A stretch of DNA of 64,000 nucleotides from Hydrolagus affinis. Its lineage: Eukaryota. Both the position numbers and the translations under genes were made by a program. Positions within the stretch are counted from its first letter, which is position 1. Every line of letters begins with the position of its first letter. The stretch lies in NCBI GenBank assembly GCA_012026655.1, contig JAAILG010000009.1:62001-126000 (forward strand). Direction: 5' to 3'. Below are positions 59,766 through 64,000 of this stretch, piece after piece. The notes below the pieces were generated by a model. It was not told the origin of the DNA and ran no database searches. It worked only from the letters and a program-made list of their open reading frames with translations.

Positions 59766-62700
59766 AATAAAGTTCGTCATTTACTTCATAGCAGTTTGCA
59801 GGACATAAAATTGACAAAATACCAGTCGTATAAGTAAGTTCTTTGAAGTGCTTTGAGACATCCTCTGGATGTGCCAGATGCCGCATTAAAATGTAAGTAT
59901 TATTATTGTTGTAGCATTCTTTCTTACCCTCTTCTGTTTAAACCGGCTCCCGAATGTGCTCTTGCCGCTTCTCAATAGAAAGTCACACCTAACATCCCTT
60001 TAGGCTTCCATAGAATCAGTAATATTCCCTTTAATATTCACCCCTTTAAGGAGTGAAATCTATGATTGCCTGCAGCTCGAATTGCTTAGCTGATAAGTTT
60101 TATTTAATGCGTGGGTGAAAAGCTGAATCTCTATTGTTATTTTTGTGTGGAGCTATTGTGTTTTAAACTTGGAGAGAAAATAGTTTGGAAGTGGCAGAGT
60201 TGCAAGGTTTAAAAGGTGAAAGGCATGAGCTGTCTGCAGTTTTTATATATGTTAACTACCAGTCTCCAAAACTATCCTGGAATTACTTCTAAGTTTTACT
60301 AATATAATGTTTGCAGGCTTTGTTCTGTTTGCCTTTAAATTATTCCTTATCATGAAGTCAGGGTGAAAAAATCTAGTCAGTCAGTACCACAGAGTAATGC
60401 TTTCATTCCAAGCAAATTCAAGGTAGTTTTTTTTTAAAAAAAAACAGATGCTCCCTGAATGGGTTGTAAATTGTTAATCTTTGTTCACTGTGTGATGTAA
60501 TGAAATACGTTCAGCAGTTTGTGTACCTTGTAACACAACAGGAAATGACTGCAACATTTATATTATTTTAAGAAGATTGTAGCATTTTCCCGCCCTCCTT
60601 ATACAGTTCATAATCAAACACTGTTATGGGGTAATTATTGCAGGGAATAATTGCTGTATTTGCTCACGCATGTTACCAACATCAGCCTCGCCCTCTGCAT
60701 ACAGAAACTGTGGCTGTTACTTTCATCACAATTGGCTAGCTCAAAGGGCAACTATAAGTGCTGCCCAAAGTGTCGGCTCAGACCTGGGAGATAAAGCAAT
60801 TTATTCCAATAAATGATCTTTTTCTTATTCTTGTATATTCTTATTCTTCTAAAACCTAATTTAACAGTAATAATGCTTCCATTTAATATAACGCCATTCA
60901 TGTCAGTCACAAAGTTTTAGTGACTGTCTATTTGCAAGCGAACTTGGCAGCCAATTTGCACACAGCAGCGTCCAAAAAAACGACCTATTCTATCTGGGGA
61001 CTTGTTGACCAGGATACGGGAGAAACTCCCTTTTGTTTTTTTGAACACCATGTGTCTGCTTCACAAGCAAACAAATCCTTTCATTTGAGACATCTTTGGT
61101 AAATAAGTCTCTGGTACCATCACAATTATTTACATTGCAAAATCAGATTGGACGAAATTCACAGTTCACAGATTCACAGTTTTCTCAGAATAAATCTAAC
61201 TTTTATTCAGATTTTGTTGGTGGAGTAATGCTACTGTAATCCTGGGGAGGGAATCTTCAAGGAATGGGTCTCCACTCTACCCAGCTGTTGTTTTTGGAAT
61301 AAAATCATCGCACTCATTCAGTCGTATGTGCAGACAGTATTCCCTGTGTTACCAAAAGTGCCCTGAATTTGTCAAATCTGTACTGCAGCCAAATGCATTG
61401 AAATTTCTGACAGTTGAGATTTCTGCAAAAGAAGCCGTCGCAGAGAGCTAACAAGCACAGATTGTTCAGCATTGACCTGAAGAATACTGAACAATCTGGG
61501 CTTTTACTCTCTAAATCTACCTGTGCATCATTAGGTGTCTTCATCCTTAAATCTCCCTGTCTCTGCTCAGTGCTCTCGGAGCATTTTGAGACTTTCACAA
61601 ACGGTTTTATGGTAAATGAGTCGTTGTTGATTATTTATCAAGAGGATTTAATTCCAGCCTTTCACTGGAACCCCTAGACCGGTCACCAAACTCGAGAGCC
61701 ATGTGTTTGTGAGCCATGTTCACCTGAGGACTCCCACCTCTTTCTGCACAGCAAACAATCAACATCAACGCAAGCATCGGCGAACACTGTGCTAAACTCT
61801 AAATTAGATTTTCACCAATGAAGAATGGGGCGACTACTGGTGGTGCATAAATAGGCTTGTTTATATATATCTACTTATATATAGATATATACTAAATTAA
61901 CCACGAAAGGATTTTTCACAACTATTATAACTCTTAATTAAATTAGGATAACAGCAACAGCAAAATTACATTTGTATTGCGCCTTTCATGTCGGGAGGAC
62001 GTCTCAAAGTTCTGGACTAAAACGTCATATTCAAACGAATCAAAGAATAACAGTCATTATCCAAACTGTTGCCACATCTGTGTGCGTAATAACTAGCTAC
62101 TAAAGGATACTGTTGAAAATGGAGCCCTCGGAGCTGAAGCACTAAAATAAGGAGTGCCCTTGAATTTTCAACAGTGATTCAGATTAAATTGAGTGCACGG
62201 CATGATAATCTTTCCACACCTTGTCTATTGGTGAGTGGAGTGATTCATGTACCGCACCTTTTCTGTGTTATGACTGGAGGCTACAAAGTTTTGGCTGTGG
62301 ATGTGAAATCAAATGCAGGATTAGATCGTTTGCTGTGTGGTATGAATCATCTATGTGATGGAACGCTTATAATTTGTCTCACACCAAAACCACAGGTACT
62401 TGATTTTGTTTCACTGCTACGGGCATTATCCACCTCTCAAAGTGCTATAAAAAACCATTTGGATGATTTTCAAAGTATGCACTGGGCGTCACAAAATATA
62501 CAGTCAATCCACTTTACTGTATGTTCTGTGAAGCACGTTGAGACATCTCAACCACAAGATAAGGCCCAATATCAAATGCAAGGATTATTATTATCACAGT
62601 GAAATCACAATGGCAGTACATTGACTTCTGTGGTAACCCACACAATATTAAAAATAATGTCCATGGAACATGGCAGTATAATTCGTCAGCAAATGAGCAG

Positions 62701-63173
62701 CTATGGTATCCCACTTCAAAGATTTAAAAATGGTTTATGCTAAATACTGTCGTACGGTTCTCTCTTGGGCATGTCTATTCAATAGGCAGGTGAGACTGTA
62801 TATTCAGCTCAGACAGATGAAGCATACAGTTAGGAGGACACGGAAATGACAGATTACTTGGGCGTAAGCAGACAGAAATCATGAGTGCAAAAGTGAATTG
62901 ACATCATTATGTCTTGGAGAATGTTTGTCATGGATGTGATGCTTGATCCACCAATCAAATAACAAGTGGGTTCCTACTTACTGATAGGAGTGGTCAGGGA
63001 AGCATTTGCTCAGCAGTGAGTGATGTCTTAGAAATGTGATGAAAATGTACTTATGATTTAATTTTGCATCCTATTGTTTTCTTGCGGGACCAACAAAATC
63101 CTGCAGGGAAACTGGGATCTAATAAATGCAATAAATACGTAAAACATATTCTAATTTCACACAGATTATATTA

Positions 63174-63379
63174 CCGTAAAAGCCTGTTTATCCAGCACCC
63201 TCGGGACCTAGCCAATGCCGGTTAAAGCACATGCCAGATATTTGGCCGAAAACACACACAAAAAAATTAATGCATTTTTCCGGATAAATTCCGGTTAATT
63301 GAATGCGGACCTTTTTTTTGCGATGCCGGTTATACGTAAGTTACGGTTGATCGGGTGCCGGATAAACGGGCTTTTACTG
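63174..63379. mobile_element. Tigger/pogo-like MITE, shortest copy (206 bp)
   Basis: TA|ccgtaaaagcctgtttatccagcaccc ... gggtgccggataaacgggcttttactg|TA. It is an internal-deletion derivative of the 47445 element. Confidence 0.87.
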
Positions 63380-64000
63380 TATATATTTGTAGCTAAATAC
63401 CCTGCTGTTTTCCCCCACTCGATCGCTGTTACTCAATGACAATAGAAGAATTGTCCAGAAAACAATTGGTTTTATATTGTGGACTATAAAGTACTGTAGT
63501 CTTAGCACTGAATTCTCTCATTGTGGGCTGTGCTCAGCAGTGTGGTGCTCATGTGTTGTGCCACAACTTGGGTTTGGAACTGATTCAAAACCCATGAAAA
63601 GAATGATGTTGCATTGTACTTGCTGAAAATTAATTGCAAAATTCTAGGGAATGCAGATGAATTATTCATGTATCCAGTGTAGACGCTTACGACGTTGAGG
63701 CTGGTCAGAAGCTAATTGTGTTGAGAATCCCTTATGTAAGAATACCCCGCGTGGAAGAACGTTGATATATTTTAACGTGTGTTGTATAGGAATGTATCTC
63801 GATATGTTATACTTATGTTTATACATAAACATAATTTATTCTTATTACTTTGATATATTTATACCCCCTTCTTACATTGCGCCTAAAGACTTTCCTCTTT
63901 GACTGTCGTCTCCCCACTCCCACTGGCTCAGCGCCATGTACTGCCACTGTCAAGCCCTCTGGGACAGTACCCTGTGCGAAGAGCGCTATATACATGCAAG

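Noticed and set aside
50500-64000. Protein-coding gene in the right 13.5 kb
   Set aside because: Only short ORFs without recognisable domains or a consistent exon chain are present. The region is dominated by SINE, LINE and MITE remnants.

Overview
Eukaryotic (vertebrate) genomic DNA with spliceosomal introns and a 100-N scaffold gap. The tRNA-headed SINEs and CR1/L2 fragments suggest a cartilaginous fish, but this is inference. Left to right: (1) about 19 kb holding five genes with uninterrupted CDSs, each with a divergent alpha-crystallin (small heat-shock protein) domain fused to a very different low-complexity or tandem-repeat tail, plus the 3' end of a possible sixth gene at the left edge; (2) a SPATA25-like gene; (3) a complete 15-coding-exon BPI/LBP/PLTP-family gene on the minus strand; (4) a complete 13-coding-exon CDK5RAP1 on the minus strand; (5) about 14 kb of repeat-rich sequence with no coding exon I can support. 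The best candidate for an undescribed system is the sHSP cluster. Its members share a private domain signature ([FY][HC]GFS[NT]) lacking the canonical R120-equivalent arginine, a twin PGT motif with exact 20-aa spacing, a conserved ~40-bp upstream element with a CRE-like core, and ATGAACC-initiated uORFs. Together these suggest a co-regulated, possibly sperm-structural (ODF1/HSPB9/HSP30-like) gene family. All homology calls come from reading the sequence and recalled family features; no database search was run.
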